From Archaeoglobus fulgidus DSM 4304 (GTDB taxonomy: Archaea; Halobacteriota; Archaeoglobi; Archaeoglobales; Archaeoglobaceae), in NCBI RefSeq assembly GCF_000008665.1, contig NC_000917.1, forward strand, positions 270,001 through 302,000: a DNA stretch of 32,000 bases, given 5' to 3'. Position numbers and translations under genes: made by a program. Positions 8,918 through 18,452 of the stretch are shown here, piece by piece (positions within the stretch are counted from its first letter, which is position 1; every line of letters begins with the position of its first letter). The notes below the pieces were generated by a model. It did no database searches. It saw only the letters and a program-made list of their open reading frames with translations, and was not told the DNA's origin.

Positions 8918-9886
8918 ATGAACCTTGGATTCAGAGTGACAGGGAAGTTTGTAAGGGAACTTCTGGATGTTTTGGATGAAATTGCAGAGGAGATAAGACA
9001 GGAGGAGAAGGAAAAGTATCCGTACACAGAATGGGAGAGGAAGAGAGAAGTTGTTAAGGAAAGGCTGAGAAAACTCCCTGAATACGTTAGAGAGGCTATT
9101 TCTGTGATAACCGTGCAAAAGAGGGTGGGAAGACCAAAGAAAGTTGATCTGGAGAAGAGAGTTATGCTCTTTCTGTTTGCAAGGCTGATGGACAAATCAA
9201 ACAGAGATATTGAGGAGCTTTTAGAGCTGTTTGAACCTTTATTCGGGATAAAGGTTAGCTACAAAACGATAGAAAGATTATACTCGGATGAAGAAGTTAG
9301 AATGGCTTTACACAACCTCTTCATCCTTCTGCTTAGAGAGGAAGGAGTTTCAGGAGATTTTTCAGGAGATGGGACAGGATACAGCCTAACCATCACTAAG
9401 CACTATAGAAGCAATCCTAAAAGGAAAGGTAAAGACTTCAGATACGTTTTCAGGATAATTGACATCGATACGGGAATGTACGTTGGCTTTGGCTATTCTG
9501 ACAGATCTGAGAAAGATGCCTTTGAGAAGGCTTTAGGAATGCTCAAAAGCATGGGGGTGAAGGTAAACTCGATTTCTCTGGATAAGTATTACAGCAGTAG
9601 GAAGACTCTGAGGCTGTTTGATGCTGAGACAGCTGTCTACGTCATTCCAAAGCGAAATCTTGCCAGAATAGGATTTGACTGGTTGAGGGTTATCGAGAGG
9701 ATTGTTGAAGCTCCTTATAGGTTTCTGAAGAGGTACTTCAAGAGGAACTTAAGTGAGGCAGGATTTTCTGCTGATAAGAGGAGATTTGGATGGTTGATAA
9801 GGCAGAGGAGGGAGGACAGGAGAGAGATGGCTTTGTTTGCTGTTGGGCTGTGGCACAATGTGTTTGCTGTTAGGGTGGTGAGGTAA
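8918..9886 (+). CDS. Transposase of the ISA1214-like element
   Basis: 322-aa ORF filling most of the TIR-bounded element (..GDFSGDGTGYSLTITKHYRSNPKRKGKDF..). Confidence 0.88.
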   Translation: MNLGFRVTGKFVRELLDVLDEIAEEIRQEEKEKYPYTEWERKREVVKERLRKLPEYVREAISVITVQKRVGRPKKVDLEKRVMLFLFARLMDKSNRDIEELLELFEPLFGIKVSYKTIERLYSDEEVRMALHNLFILLLREEGVSGDFSGDGTGYSLTITKHYRSNPKRKGKDFRYVFRIIDIDTGMYVGFGYSDRSEKDAFEKALGMLKSMGVKVNSISLDKYYSSRKTLRLFDAETAVYVIPKRNLARIGFDWLRVIERIVEAPYRFLKRYFKRNLSEAGFSADKRRFGWLIRQRREDRREMALFAVGLWHNVFAVRVVR

Positions 9887-10144
9887 TTTTGTCCCAAAGT
9901 CTCCCGAATCTCTGATTCTAATAAACTACAAACATTTCCAATTTGAAGGTCTTCGATACCCCTTGCTTTCGCAATATTTGGTCGAAGTGACAAAGGCAAC
10001 AAATGGTGGCCTGAATTGAACAAAGGCGTTGAGGGGTATAGGACGCCATGTTTTTTATATAAAAAGTATTTATTATTAATTAAGAATCTTTGTATAGTCG
10101 TCGTTCCAGTTTTCGGAAGTCCAATGTGAAGAAAAACATCCATA

Positions 10145-10906
10145 TCAGAACCCCTCCTTATACATATCTACAACTTTTTCCCACAGCACCATGTCCTCCT
10201 CATTAATTTCCATCAGCTTCTTGTAGAAATCTTTACCAACCTCATTCTTTATAATTTTCAACCTCTCCTCTAAAGGCATATCGGGACTAAACTGAACATT
10301 GGTCCTAATAACACTTGCTTTAAACTCAGGGAAATATTCTCTCACGGTCTCTTCCAACTTTGTCATTGACTTTTCAAATTCCTCTACCAACCCTATAAAA
10401 GGAAGTCTTTTTAGAGCTATAAGTGCTTTTTCCAGCGGTTTCATGTTCTTTTCGCCATGGAGCATATCTGCCAATCTGAAAACATGGAAATTGCTTACAT
10501 TGAACTCCTGTCTTGGTATAGCCAACCTTATTTCGACATAGCCTTTAAAGTCCGTATTGCGAGCAATGACCGGTCCAGGGCGAAAAATGTCCACCTGCTT
10601 CCTTTCATAATGGTATGCAGAATGAATCCGAATAATAGGATGTCTTACAAAAATAATAGGAATGATTTTGATACCTCTCCTTTCCAAAAGTGTGGAGTCA
10701 AACAACCTCGCCGTATGGGATGAGAACGCAACTGCATCGCTCTCATTTTCGATCCATTTAATTACTTCCTTTATATTTTCGTAGTAAGGCCACAGTTTAA
10801 ACTCTTTTTTTACAAATCTATCTCCAAAATTCTTTTCAAGTATATAATCCACGGCAGAACCAGCATTCTTAAAAAAGTGAAAATGGAACAGTATAACTCT
10901 ATTCAC
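10145..10906 (-). CDS. Sulfotransferase family protein
   Basis: HFHFFKNAGSAVDYILEKNFGDRF (P-loop-like) and IIFVRHPIIRIHSAYHYERK. Confidence 0.8.
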   Translation of the reverse strand: MNRVILFHFHFFKNAGSAVDYILEKNFGDRFVKKEFKLWPYYENIKEVIKWIENESDAVAFSSHTARLFDSTLLERRGIKIIPIIFVRHPIIRIHSAYHYERKQVDIFRPGPVIARNTDFKGYVEIRLAIPRQEFNVSNFHVFRLADMLHGEKNMKPLEKALIALKRLPFIGLVEEFEKSMTKLEETVREYFPEFKASVIRTNVQFSPDMPLEERLKIIKNEVGKDFYKKLMEINEEDMVLWEKVVDMYKEGF

Positions 10907-11353
10907 AATTCCACCTCTTTTATGGTTTTAATATTCATTCCACTCTCTATGTATTTAAAATCCCACATCAAATCCATATCCGTATTTCGATCAACTTTTC
11001 TTTTTACAATTCTTTCACCTTCCTCAACCAACAAGAGCCACCTCCAATCATTTTTTTGCATTTTTCTAATACTTTATTCGGAAAACGTGTCGATACATAG
11101 TAACTTGAAAATACAATTTTAAATATTTGGTTGTACATTAAAAAGGCCCTTAAAAGATACATCTCGTTCCATCCTCTGTTTTCTTTGAACACCCAGTCCT
11201 TTGGATATTCGTCAGGTATGAAGATGTCGTGAAAGTGAATCAACACTCCTTTATGTATCCTTGGCATTATTTCAAAGAAAATATGATTTACATCACTACC
11301 CACTTTAGCCACATGCGTTGAATCAATAAATAAAATGTCATTTTCCTCTAAAG

Positions 11354-12316
11354 TCTGTAGTATCCCTAAATTATTTCACTACCCACAACCAACTTCATGT
11401 GAGAAAACTAACGAACAAAAAGATCAGATGGATCATCAAACAACTCGAAAAGGGAACCCCAGTAAGAGAAATAGCAGCTGTGATGAGAGTAACACCAAGA
11501 AGGATCTACCAACTCAAAAAACAATACGAAGAAACAGGAGAAATTCCAGAACTCAAACAACCTGGAAGAAAGCCCAAGCCAATAGACAAAGAAACTGAGC
11601 AAATAATCCTGCAAGCCTACGAAAAATACAAGCTCAGCCCAGTTCCGCTGGAAAGGCTGATAGAGAGGGATTACGGCATCCACATCCCCCACAACACTAT
11701 ATACAGAATCTTGCTAAAACACGGTTTGGTGGAGGAGAATATGAATAAGAAAAAGCGGAGGAAATGGGTTCGTTATGAAAGAAAACACTCAATGAGTTTA
11801 TGGCAGGGAGACTGGAAAAAGCTTGGAGAGAATTGGATAATAGCCTTCATGGACGATGCTTCCCGCTTCATCACCTGCTATGGAGTATTTGAGAAGGCAA
11901 CGACTGAGAACACGATCAAAGTTCTCAGGAAAGGGTTCGCTGAATATGGAATTCCAGATGAAATATTGACGGATCACGGAACTCAGTTTGTGGCTGCGAA
12001 GAGCAGGGAGAGGGCTAAGCACAGATTTAAGAAATTCCTGGTTGAGAATGGTGTTAGGCATATTCTTGCCAGAATAAACCATCCTCAAACCAATGGAAAG
12101 ATTGAGAGGTTCTTTGGACTGATGGAGCAAAAAATTGGTCTTTTTGAATCACTGGATGAATTCGTTTACTGGTATAATTACGTTAAACCTCACATGAGCC
12201 TTAATTTTGAAGAGCTGGAGACTCCTTATCAGGCTTTTCTCAGGAAGCTGCCTGCTGAAAGGGTGTTTGAGTACGGGAGGTGGTTGATTGAGGAGTGAAA
12301 TTATTTCGGGATATCA
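11354..12316 (+). mobile_element. IS481-family (ISA0963-like) insertion sequence, intact, about 960-963 bp
   Basis: Flanked by the direct repeat CATTTTCCTCTAAAGTCT (11339..11356 and 12317..12334; exact TSD/element boundary ambiguous by about 3 nt). Imperfect TIRs TAGTATCCCTAAATTATTTC / TGATATCCCGAAATAATTTC; contains a full transposase. Confidence 0.9.
11399..12298 (+). CDS. IS481-family DDE transposase
   Basis: N-terminal HTH (GTPVREIAAVMRVTPRRIYQLKKQY), catalytic core IIAFMDDASRFI, DEILTDHGTQFVA, NHPQTNGKIERFFGLMEQK. Confidence 0.94.
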   Translation: MRKLTNKKIRWIIKQLEKGTPVREIAAVMRVTPRRIYQLKKQYEETGEIPELKQPGRKPKPIDKETEQIILQAYEKYKLSPVPLERLIERDYGIHIPHNTIYRILLKHGLVEENMNKKKRRKWVRYERKHSMSLWQGDWKKLGENWIIAFMDDASRFITCYGVFEKATTENTIKVLRKGFAEYGIPDEILTDHGTQFVAAKSRERAKHRFKKFLVENGVRHILARINHPQTNGKIERFFGLMEQKIGLFESLDEFVYWYNYVKPHMSLNFEELETPYQAFLRKLPAERVFEYGRWLIEE

Positions 12317-12846
12317 CATTTTCCTCTAAAGTCTCGAAAAATGATAAATCAACATCTTGCACTGGTTGATCAATTAACTCAGCATTTCTGTAAAATAAAA
12401 TTCCTCTTCTCAAATAATCAGATGGGTAAGGTTCAATAAGAGCTATTTCTATTTTATCATTATAGAACTTTTTATTCACATCCATAGCTATAAGTGACGA
12501 GAATCCTGAACCTATTTCTACAATCCTATTTGGTCTGTAGTGAATTATGAAAGCAAAGTATGCCAAAGCATCTAACTTTTCAAACACCCCATTATTTTTA
12601 TAATATATACATTTTAGATTATGTTCGGGGGTTTCTGGATAATCGAATAAGTCAACGTAAGAACCAATTATCTCCAAATGCTTCAATTGTTCTTCTTTAT
12701 TCAAGTCTATGCCAAGGACCTCATTATCAGTTCGAACTCTAAATATTTTTTCCTCCCGTCTCCTTACCTCTTTTATATTTGGAATAGGGGAGTAAAAATG
12801 ACCTGGTGGAAATATTTTTCCGACCTCCCTGTCCACACTTTCACCT

Positions 12847-14262
12847 CTAAATAATATTAATGATTTTATTTTTTGCAACATTGTATGAAAAATTACACTT
12901 AACATGCTCAATCGACCTCATTGAAATTTTTTCCCATAGAGCTTTGTCTGTATATAGTTTGACTACTTTTTCAGCAAATTCTACCGGATCATCGGCGATT
13001 AGTGCATTCTCCCCATCAATCAATCCCATCCCCTCCCCTCCTATCGACGTTGTTACTACAGGCACACCATGAGCCATAGCTTCACCAATTTTTCCCTTAA
13101 CACCAGCGCCGTATCTAAGTGGCGATACGAATACCCGAACGCTTTCAAAGTAAGGCTCTAATTCTCTAACATACCCTGTTACAATTATATCATCCGAACT
13201 AAGCGACATAATTTCCTCAGGAGGGTTGCTCCCTACGATTATAAATTTTACTTCCGGTAGTTGTTGCTTAATTTTTGGAAATATATCATTAATGAACCAT
13301 TTTACTGCATCAATGTTGGGAGGGTGGGCAAAACCGCCTAAGAACATTATATCTTTACGATTCTCGAAACTATTTTTTGGAGGTTTTATCTCATGGATGT
13401 TGGACAGAACCTCCACATTTAGTGTTGGATCTTCTTTCAGTAGAAGTTCTTTTTCGAATGGCGAGACTACCAACGTCAAGTTGGCCAATCTCGCCAACTT
13501 CAGTTCAATATTCTTCAACTTTTCGGCCAACTCTTTAACTTTGTCATTTTTTTCTAATTCTGCTCTCCTCATTTCTCTCAAGAAGTGGAGATCCACTGTA
13601 TCAAAAATTATTTTCGCTTTACTGCAGTATTTACGAACTGCTAATATATGTTTCTCTGCTATCGGTGCCCTACTCAAGATAACTATGTCAAAGAATTTTC
13701 CGTGGTCTTTTAAGTAGTCCTCAATTGATCTGGTGTAGGGCCCGTAAAGCACTTCGATACCAATCTGCTGCAAAATACTGGTATACGGCTCCATTTTTGC
13801 CAAATTATCGCCTATGAACGTAACACAATGACCAAGCTCTATCAAAATTTTGAGTATATTATACATCCTGTAGGAACCGCTATCTTTGTCAAATGTTGGA
13901 ACATAGTGGTCAATCACCAAGATGCGCTTTCCTCCGTTCCTGCATCTCGCCAAAAACAAGTTTGAAGGATCAGGATTATAATGGTGCTTTAGCAAGGTAT
14001 CTTTCCATTTTTCGTAAAACTTCTGTCTATTTATTTCTTGAAACTTCTTTACGCCTGAACTCGTATCTGTTCCACATGTTGCCCCCTCTAAATGAATTAT
14101 CACGGATTTCGGTTGGTACATTACCTTGTAACCCATTTTTCGAACAGAAAAGCATAAATCTGTATCTTCATAGTAAGCAGGTTTAAACCTCCCGTCAAAT
14201 CCCCCAATTTTTTCGAAGATCTCTTTTTTGACCATCAGAGCAGCACCAGAGCAGTAATCCAC
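12847..14262 (-). CDS. End of a GT2 domain fused to a GT4 glycosyltransferase; downstream part of a frameshifted multidomain gene
   Basis: YCSGAALMVKKEIFEKIGGFDGRFKPAYYEDTDLCFSVRKMGYK (GT2 end), then ILVIDHYVPTFDKDSGSYR...FVSPLRYGAGVKGKIGEAMAHGVPVVTTSIGGEGMGL (GT4). Confidence 0.88.
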   Translation of the reverse strand: MDYCSGAALMVKKEIFEKIGGFDGRFKPAYYEDTDLCFSVRKMGYKVMYQPKSVIIHLEGATCGTDTSSGVKKFQEINRQKFYEKWKDTLLKHHYNPDPSNLFLARCRNGGKRILVIDHYVPTFDKDSGSYRMYNILKILIELGHCVTFIGDNLAKMEPYTSILQQIGIEVLYGPYTRSIEDYLKDHGKFFDIVILSRAPIAEKHILAVRKYCSKAKIIFDTVDLHFLREMRRAELEKNDKVKELAEKLKNIELKLARLANLTLVVSPFEKELLLKEDPTLNVEVLSNIHEIKPPKNSFENRKDIMFLGGFAHPPNIDAVKWFINDIFPKIKQQLPEVKFIIVGSNPPEEIMSLSSDDIIVTGYVRELEPYFESVRVFVSPLRYGAGVKGKIGEAMAHGVPVVTTSIGGEGMGLIDGENALIADDPVEFAEKVVKLYTDKALWEKISMRSIEHVKCNFSYNVAKNKIINII

Positions 14263-14266
14263 TTCT

Positions 14267-16438
14267 CTAACAAAATTGTATTCGTCTTTCTGGGTCGTCG
14301 TATCTTCCGTAGTTCCACCCTGATGCGTCTTTCCATATTATTCCCCCAGCCTCTTGGAGTTTTCCATCCGGGTATGCGAGTTTAGCGCCTACTGCCCCAA
14401 CATCTTCTCGTTTTATCAACTCCAAAAGTGGTGGTAGCCATCCTGGAGTAACGATGGTATCATTATTTAAAAATAATATATATTTTCCTGAACTAGCTTT
14501 TGCACCAATATTACAGGATTCAACGAAGCCTACATTTTCTTTGTTTCGTATAATCTTCACGTTTTTGATTTTATCAAATAGAGTATCAACCTCCTTTTCT
14601 GTTGATGCATCGTCAACTAATATAACCTCATATGAGCAACCAGCAGTATTAGAGAGTATTGATTTCAAGCAATTATATGTTAATTCTGCATTATTATATA
14701 CAGGAATCACTATTGAAACTTCAGGATTTTCGAAATTAGGAAATTCTAATTCTGACACATCAGCTGTATTGAAAGATGTACTAGGAGTACCGTAAATGTC
14801 TTTAGTCTCAATTTGCATCTCTTCCAACTTTCTTTGCTTTCTGTACTCTGACGCGCTTCTCCACAAACCTCTGAATCCAGAACTAGCCAAAACCCTCAAC
14901 CCTTTAATCCCCAAATCATACCACCTTCTCCTCCTCGTCCCTAATGGAGCAACTCTCTCAACAAAGGAGTGCCACTTCATCACAGCTCTCCACGTAACGC
15001 TGGACTTTATCGAGTCCAGCTCTGCTGCCAGTCTAATATTCTCCTCCGTGAGATTTCTTATTTGCTCTTCCCTGGCAGCAAGTTCCGACTTAACCCTCTG
15101 CTCCTCCTTCCTAAGCTCTTCAATTGCTTTCTCTCTTGCTGTAAGCTCTCCATTCAGCCTCTCCACCAAGCTCTCCTTTTCCTTCAGCTCCCCCTCCAAG
15201 CTCCTTATTTTTTGCTCCAAGTTGATCGATTTTACCTTGAACTCGTTCAGCTCTTTGGTTTTCTCTTCGAGCGATTTTGTTAGAGCGGATACCCGTTCCC
15301 TCTCACTTTCAAGCTCCCCACTTATCCTCTCAAGCTCATCGTTGAGCCTTTCGATCTCAGCTTCCCTATCCCTGACCGCACTCCTCAGGCTCTCTATCTC
15401 CTGCTGCAACCTGCTTAATTCTCCATCCTTGATTTTCAACGCGTTTTCAAGCTCATAGACTCTTCCACTCTTCTCGGCCACCTCGGTGTTTAATTTATCC
15501 AGACTCGCACTCAGATCCCCTATTTGCCTCTCTTTCTGCTCAACAATTGAATTCAATCTGCCAACTTCCACCTCCAGCTCCCTTAACCTTTTTTCAAGAT
15601 GCCTGATGTATTTTCTGAAGTTGTTGATTAGGACACTACTAACATCGGTAAGATAACTTCGATAATCAATTTCTTTCAGCGGTGAATCTGATGCTATCGC
15701 AATAAAATACATAGGTTCCTTCCTTTCAGCCTCAACTCTAACAAAACTCCTCTCTCCCCTTTCTATTACGAATTCACTGCTTCTATCATTATCTTCTGTC
15801 AGGCACCAGATTTGCGAAGAAGGATAAACTCTCTGCCCGAAAAAGTAGATGTGCTTGAAGTATCTGCCAAGCAAAGCTTTAAACTCATCAAAGTACAGCT
15901 CCTTTACGTGAAACGGATTCTGATAGTTTGGTTCGTCACTGTAAACCTTTTTGTTGGGAGTCGACACAACGAAAATTCCATCCTTCTTCAAAACTCTCTT
16001 CACTTCCTGAAGCATTTCCTCATGTTCTGCAATGTGCTCAAGAACTTCAAAACAAATTACAGCATCGAAAATTTCCTCACCATCGACCGGTATGCTGGTA
16101 ACTGAACCGACACGATATTCAAGATTGCTTCTTATATATGTGCTGCTCGCGTGCTTTATAGATTTATCATCAATATCCACCCCAACAACTTTCTTGGCGT
16201 ATTTGGATAAAATATAGCTCCCATAACCCTCACCGCATCCGAGGTCCAAAACAACCTTCCCCTTGACAAACTGTGCTGCAAAATAATACCTGTGAAGGTG
16301 CTCATAGTGAATTTCCGCTCCAACCTCTTCAGGTTTTGCCGTTGGAATATATCTCCCCCCCGTCCACTCTAACATACTTTGCACCCGCCCCAAATTATTC
16401 GAAAGCCACCAATACTTTATAAAAGAGTTTCTATGCAC
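14267..16438 (-). CDS. SAM methyltransferase - long coiled coil - GT2 glycosyltransferase (upstream part of the frameshifted gene)
   Basis: VVLDLGCGEGYGSYILSKYAKKVVGVDID; about 230 aa of heptad-rich E/R/L sequence; EVSIVIPVYNNAELTYNCLKSIL...ILFLNNDTIVTPGWL. Confidence 0.9.
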   Translation of the reverse strand: MHRNSFIKYWWLSNNLGRVQSMLEWTGGRYIPTAKPEEVGAEIHYEHLHRYYFAAQFVKGKVVLDLGCGEGYGSYILSKYAKKVVGVDIDDKSIKHASSTYIRSNLEYRVGSVTSIPVDGEEIFDAVICFEVLEHIAEHEEMLQEVKRVLKKDGIFVVSTPNKKVYSDEPNYQNPFHVKELYFDEFKALLGRYFKHIYFFGQRVYPSSQIWCLTEDNDRSSEFVIERGERSFVRVEAERKEPMYFIAIASDSPLKEIDYRSYLTDVSSVLINNFRKYIRHLEKRLRELEVEVGRLNSIVEQKERQIGDLSASLDKLNTEVAEKSGRVYELENALKIKDGELSRLQQEIESLRSAVRDREAEIERLNDELERISGELESERERVSALTKSLEEKTKELNEFKVKSINLEQKIRSLEGELKEKESLVERLNGELTAREKAIEELRKEEQRVKSELAAREEQIRNLTEENIRLAAELDSIKSSVTWRAVMKWHSFVERVAPLGTRRRRWYDLGIKGLRVLASSGFRGLWRSASEYRKQRKLEEMQIETKDIYGTPSTSFNTADVSELEFPNFENPEVSIVIPVYNNAELTYNCLKSILSNTAGCSYEVILVDDASTEKEVDTLFDKIKNVKIIRNKENVGFVESCNIGAKASSGKYILFLNNDTIVTPGWLPPLLELIKREDVGAVGAKLAYPDGKLQEAGGIIWKDASGWNYGRYDDPERRIQFC

Positions 16439-16441
16439 CAG

Positions 16442-17284
16442 CTACCTTTCTCTACGACGAGTTTGACAGATGGAGTGTTCCATTTCCGTGGAGATATCCT
16501 CAACTTCAGCGCGTATGTCCTGAACACTTGTATTATTCCTTTTCCTGAATTCCTCTAAATCACCAAATATGCTTTCCTCTCCAACAACGATTCTGGGCCC
16601 GATTACTGTTTTTTCTGGACATTCCTTTCTGATCACACATAAAGAATTGTAAAACTCAACTGATCGTATCGTAGCGAGCTCTGAGTCGTCAAAACTCAGG
16701 TTATACTTTTCAGCAAACTTCGAAAGTAACCACTTCCTCGATTTGCCCAATCTCCAATGCTCGTAGTTAATAACATCAATGAGGGTTTTGAAGAAATTAA
16801 TTGCTGAATAGTATTCAAACAAACCGCCGCCAAAGTTTTTCCAGTAACTGCAACACAGGTCTTCGACAATATATATCCCACCGTAATTCAACAGAGGGTA
16901 GTAATTTGCAAAGGCTCTAATTATATCGGACGATTTATGTGAGCCATCGTCTATTATTATGTCCAAACTGCTAACAATTTCTCTCACCCTTTTAGCAGTC
17001 AATAAATCACCTGCATCTCCTATCACGATCTTTATTCGCTCGTCGTCGTAAGTAAGCTCAGAGCATCTTTCATCTATGTCGCAGCCAATTATATTTTTTG
17101 CATTTGTAAAATATTTCGCCCAGATTTCAAGGCTCCCACCATTCTGAACTCCAATCTCCAAAATGTTTACTTCTTTATCCTTGTAGTCTGAAAATAACTG
17201 CTCATATATTTCTAAATAGGAAGTCCATTTATCCGTCACCTTTCCTTTATGCGTTCTAAATAACTCCACGAGTCTATAAGTCAT
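16442..17284 (-). CDS. Class I SAM-dependent methyltransferase (CmcI/MycE-like)
   Basis: VNILEIGVQNGGSLEIWAKYFTNAKNIIGCDID...SLDIIIDDGSHKSSDIIRAFANYYPLLNYGGIYIVEDL. Confidence 0.82.
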   Translation of the reverse strand: MTYRLVELFRTHKGKVTDKWTSYLEIYEQLFSDYKDKEVNILEIGVQNGGSLEIWAKYFTNAKNIIGCDIDERCSELTYDDERIKIVIGDAGDLLTAKRVREIVSSLDIIIDDGSHKSSDIIRAFANYYPLLNYGGIYIVEDLCCSYWKNFGGGLFEYYSAINFFKTLIDVINYEHWRLGKSRKWLLSKFAEKYNLSFDDSELATIRSVEFYNSLCVIRKECPEKTVIGPRIVVGEESIFGDLEEFRKRNNTSVQDIRAEVEDISTEMEHSICQTRRRER

Positions 17285-17448
17285 AATTTTAGATTTCTGC
17301 AGAATTATGTAATATAATTTTTACTTACAACAAAGGTCGGCTAAAGATGCATTGCCAATAAGCGTGCTACAAAGTGCGCCAATCCAAGCCACGAAGTAGC
17401 GAATGCCAAATTTTAGAAATTGTGATTGAGCAATCAAAAAAGACTGCA

Positions 17449-17464
17449 GCCGAAACCTATTTCT
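17449..17464 (+). promoter_or_regulatory. Putative BRE/TATA promoter element of cassette 1
   Basis: GCCGAAACCTATTTCT, starting exactly 37 bp 5' of the antitoxin ATG; the same motif and spacing occur at cassettes 2-5. Confidence 0.65.
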
Positions 17465-17485
17465 TCTTTCATGCAAACTAATAAC

Positions 17486-17677
17486 ATGCCAAAAGTCATT
17501 GAAGCCATTTACGAAAACGGAGTGTTCAAGCCCCTCCAGAAAGTTGAACTCAGGGAGGGGGAGAAGGTAAAAGTCATTGTGGATCGGGGACTTACCCAGT
17601 TATTCGGGATGTTCCGACACAGGCGTAAGACGGACCTGGACGAAGATATGGATCTGATGATAACGGAGAGAGCATGA
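17486..17677 (+). CDS. AF2212-like antitoxin, array cassette 1
   Basis: [32 protein letters not shown]; 4-nt overlap (ATGA) with the toxin. Confidence 0.9.
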   Translation: MPKVIEAIYENGVFKPLQKVELREGEKVKVIVDRGLTQLFGMFRHRRKTDLDEDMDLMITERA

Positions 17678-18126
17678 AGGTCTTTTTCGACACCTCTTTC
17701 TTTGTCGAGTATTTTAGAGGGAATGAGAATGCACGGAGGATTTACGAAGAACTGAAGAATTACGAATATTTTACATCGCTCAATGTGGTAGAGGAAACGA
17801 CCTATATACTCATGAAGTTTACCGCTTCTGATTTTGTGAAATTGGAGAAGCACTACGAAGTAATCAAGAAACTCAAGGAAGATTCAAATGTGTACGAGAA
17901 AAGTCTCAAAAATGCAAAGCTGTTTTACAGCTCAATTCTTCATGACGGATTCCAGATCCTGCCATTGCCTTCTTGGGACCTCGTTCTCGAGATTATGGAG
18001 CGATACAGACTCCTGCCAAACGATGCCCTAATAGCAGCAACCTGCAAGCATTATGGGATAAAGAAAATCGCAACCTTCGATGAGGATTTCAGGAGGGTTG
18101 ACTTTCTGCAGGTCGTAGAGCTTTGA
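17674..18126 (+). CDS. PIN-domain VapC-type toxin, array cassette 1
   Basis: [16 protein letters not shown] ... [38 protein letters not shown]. Confidence 0.92.
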   Translation: MKVFFDTSFFVEYFRGNENARRIYEELKNYEYFTSLNVVEETTYILMKFTASDFVKLEKHYEVIKKLKEDSNVYEKSLKNAKLFYSSILHDGFQILPLPSWDLVLEIMERYRLLPNDALIAATCKHYGIKKIATFDEDFRRVDFLQVVEL

Positions 18127-18128
18127 AC

Positions 18129-18236
18129 TGCGTGCTACGAAGTGAGCAAGCTGAAAGCTTGCCACGAAGTGGCGAACGCCAAATTTTAGAAATTGTGATG
18201 GAGCAATCTAAAAGGCGGCAGCCGAAACCTATTTCT
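18129..18236 (+). repeat. Inter-cassette linker repeat with hairpins and conserved promoter
   Basis: GCGTGCTACGAAGTG..., GCAAGCT-GAA-AGCTTGC (18146..18162), GCCAC-GAA-GTGGC (18161..18173), then AACGCCAAATTTTAGAAATTGTG...GCCGAAACCTATTTCT. Related copies at 17362..17464 and 18863..19002. Confidence 0.75.
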
Positions 18237-18257
18237 AAACTGTAACCAAATAACAGT

Positions 18258-18452
18258 ATGCCCAAAATAATCGAAGCCATTTACGAGAACGGCGTGTTTA
18301 AGCCCCTCCAAAAGGTTGACTTGAAGGAGGGGGAAAAAGCCAAAATCGTTTTGGAATCCATCTCTGACAAGACGTTTGGTATTCTAAAGGCCAGCGAGAC
18401 GGAAATAAAAAAGGTTCTGGAGGAAATAGATGACTTCTGGGGTGTTTGTTGA
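18258..18452 (+). CDS. AF2212-like antitoxin, array cassette 2
   Basis: [33 protein letters not shown]. Confidence 0.9.
   Translation: MPKIIEAIYENGVFKPLQKVDLKEGEKAKIVLESISDKTFGILKASETEIKKVLEEIDDFWGVC

Larger units (their letters stand above)
8688..9901. mobile_element. ISA1214-like insertion sequence (ISNCY family, ISA1214 group), intact, 1214 bp
   Basis: 17-bp imperfect TIRs (GGTTTTGGGACAAAATT / GACTTTGGGACAAAATT, 15/17), flanked by 10-bp direct repeats TCCCGAATCT at 8678..8687 and 9902..9911. Length is exactly 1214 bp. Confidence 0.93.
7582..10143 (-). pseudogene. Sulfotransferase gene interrupted by an ISA1214-like element
   Basis: N-terminal part (10143 to 9902) has MDVFLHIGLPKTGTTTIQRFL (PAPS-binding P-loop). 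The remainder is in ORF 7582..8724. Removing 8688..9901 plus one TSD copy gives an in-frame ...CSLLESEIREYNPKKVIVSSEAFL... protein of about 445 aa. Confidence 0.9.
11004..12911 (-). pseudogene. Class I SAM-dependent methyltransferase interrupted by an IS481-like element
   Basis: 5' part 12911 to 12317 has RIVEIGSGFSSLIAMDVNKKFYND..IALIEPYPSDYL. The 3' part continues ...TLEEN|DILFIDSTHVAKVGSDVNHIFFEIMPRIHKGVLIHFHDIF. Removing 978 nt restores about 309 aa. Confidence 0.9.

Noticed and set aside
8708-9118. Full 136-aa minus-strand ORF as annotated in the ORF track
   Set aside because: Only the C-terminal 52-57 aa (start about 8866..8881) matches the DUF2080-like IS protein; the upstream part is antisense to the transposase start.
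9715-10143. 142-aa minus-strand ORF as a standalone protein
   Set aside because: Only residues encoded by 10143..9902 belong to the sulfotransferase; the tail is read-through into the IS element.
14267-14320. Programmed ribosomal frameshift linking the two halves of the multidomain glycosyltransferase
   Set aside because: No clear slippery heptamer plus downstream structure could be argued from sequence alone; a mutation or sequencing error near short homopolymers is simpler, so it was not called as programmed.
14796-15458. 220-aa plus-strand ORF rich in Ser/Leu/Phe
   Set aside because: It is the antisense reading of the coiled-coil coding region (E/R/L codons read in reverse); the minus-strand frame carries recognisable domains on both sides.
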